This document shows, piece by piece, positions 63,861 through 64,000 of a stretch of 64,000 nt of DNA (positions within the stretch are counted from its first letter, which is position 1; the number at the start of each line of letters is the position of its first letter). Position numbers and translations under genes: made by a program. Below the pieces are notes generated by a model, which was not told the origin of the DNA, searched no databases, and saw only the letters and a list, made by a program, of their open reading frames with translations. This stretch comes from Takakia lepidozioides (Eukaryota > Plantae > Bryophyta). Where the stretch lies: contig CM060731.1 of assembly GCA_030704615.1 (NCBI GenBank), positions 43,090,001-43,154,000 of the forward strand. Direction: 5' to 3'.

Positions 63861-64000
63861 TTGAGGAAGCATAAAATCAGAGAACTCGTGAAACAAAAAA
63901 TGGCAACAGACATGCAATGAAACGTCAAAATGACTGAGGATGGTGCACACATAATACTGGACATAAATGTGTTGGCTCTGGGTGCTTTTCGCGAGCCGGG

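Noticed and set aside
63195-63920. 241-aa + strand ORF and similar long antisense ORFs over transposases
   Set aside because: Shadow frames of the opposite-strand coding sequence.

Overview
AT-balanced eukaryotic nuclear DNA from a land plant, most likely a non-seed plant (inferred from PLS-class PPRs, an SLBP homologue and the TE types). It is mostly a transposon and pseudogene graveyard. Mobile elements: three members of an unusual Mutator-like family (GCM-like Zn domain + DDE + SWIM; two share an identical 17-bp 3' terminus, one has a TSD, one carries ~63-bp palindromic arrays and an intact accessory ORF), a fourth, classical MULE, two DUF7869/Sola-like transposases with a BAH-like C-terminus, a Ty3/gypsy element with an internal inversion, and LINE 3' fragments including one with a restriction-like endonuclease. 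Host-type genes: a CYP71-clan P450 (one homopolymer frameshift), a TAA1/TAR-like pseudogene, six intact 3' exons of NUDT14, and fragments of DPB4/NF-YB11, BTB and others. The most notable items not called by the ORF track are a spliced histone stem-loop-binding protein (SLBP) domain and two PLS-PPR tracts that run in frame into foreign sequence (an OSB-type PDF motif; a KEN-box segment upstream of the SLBP exons). A 500-N scaffold gap lies at 57778-58277. All family assignments are from motif recognition by eye; no searches were run.
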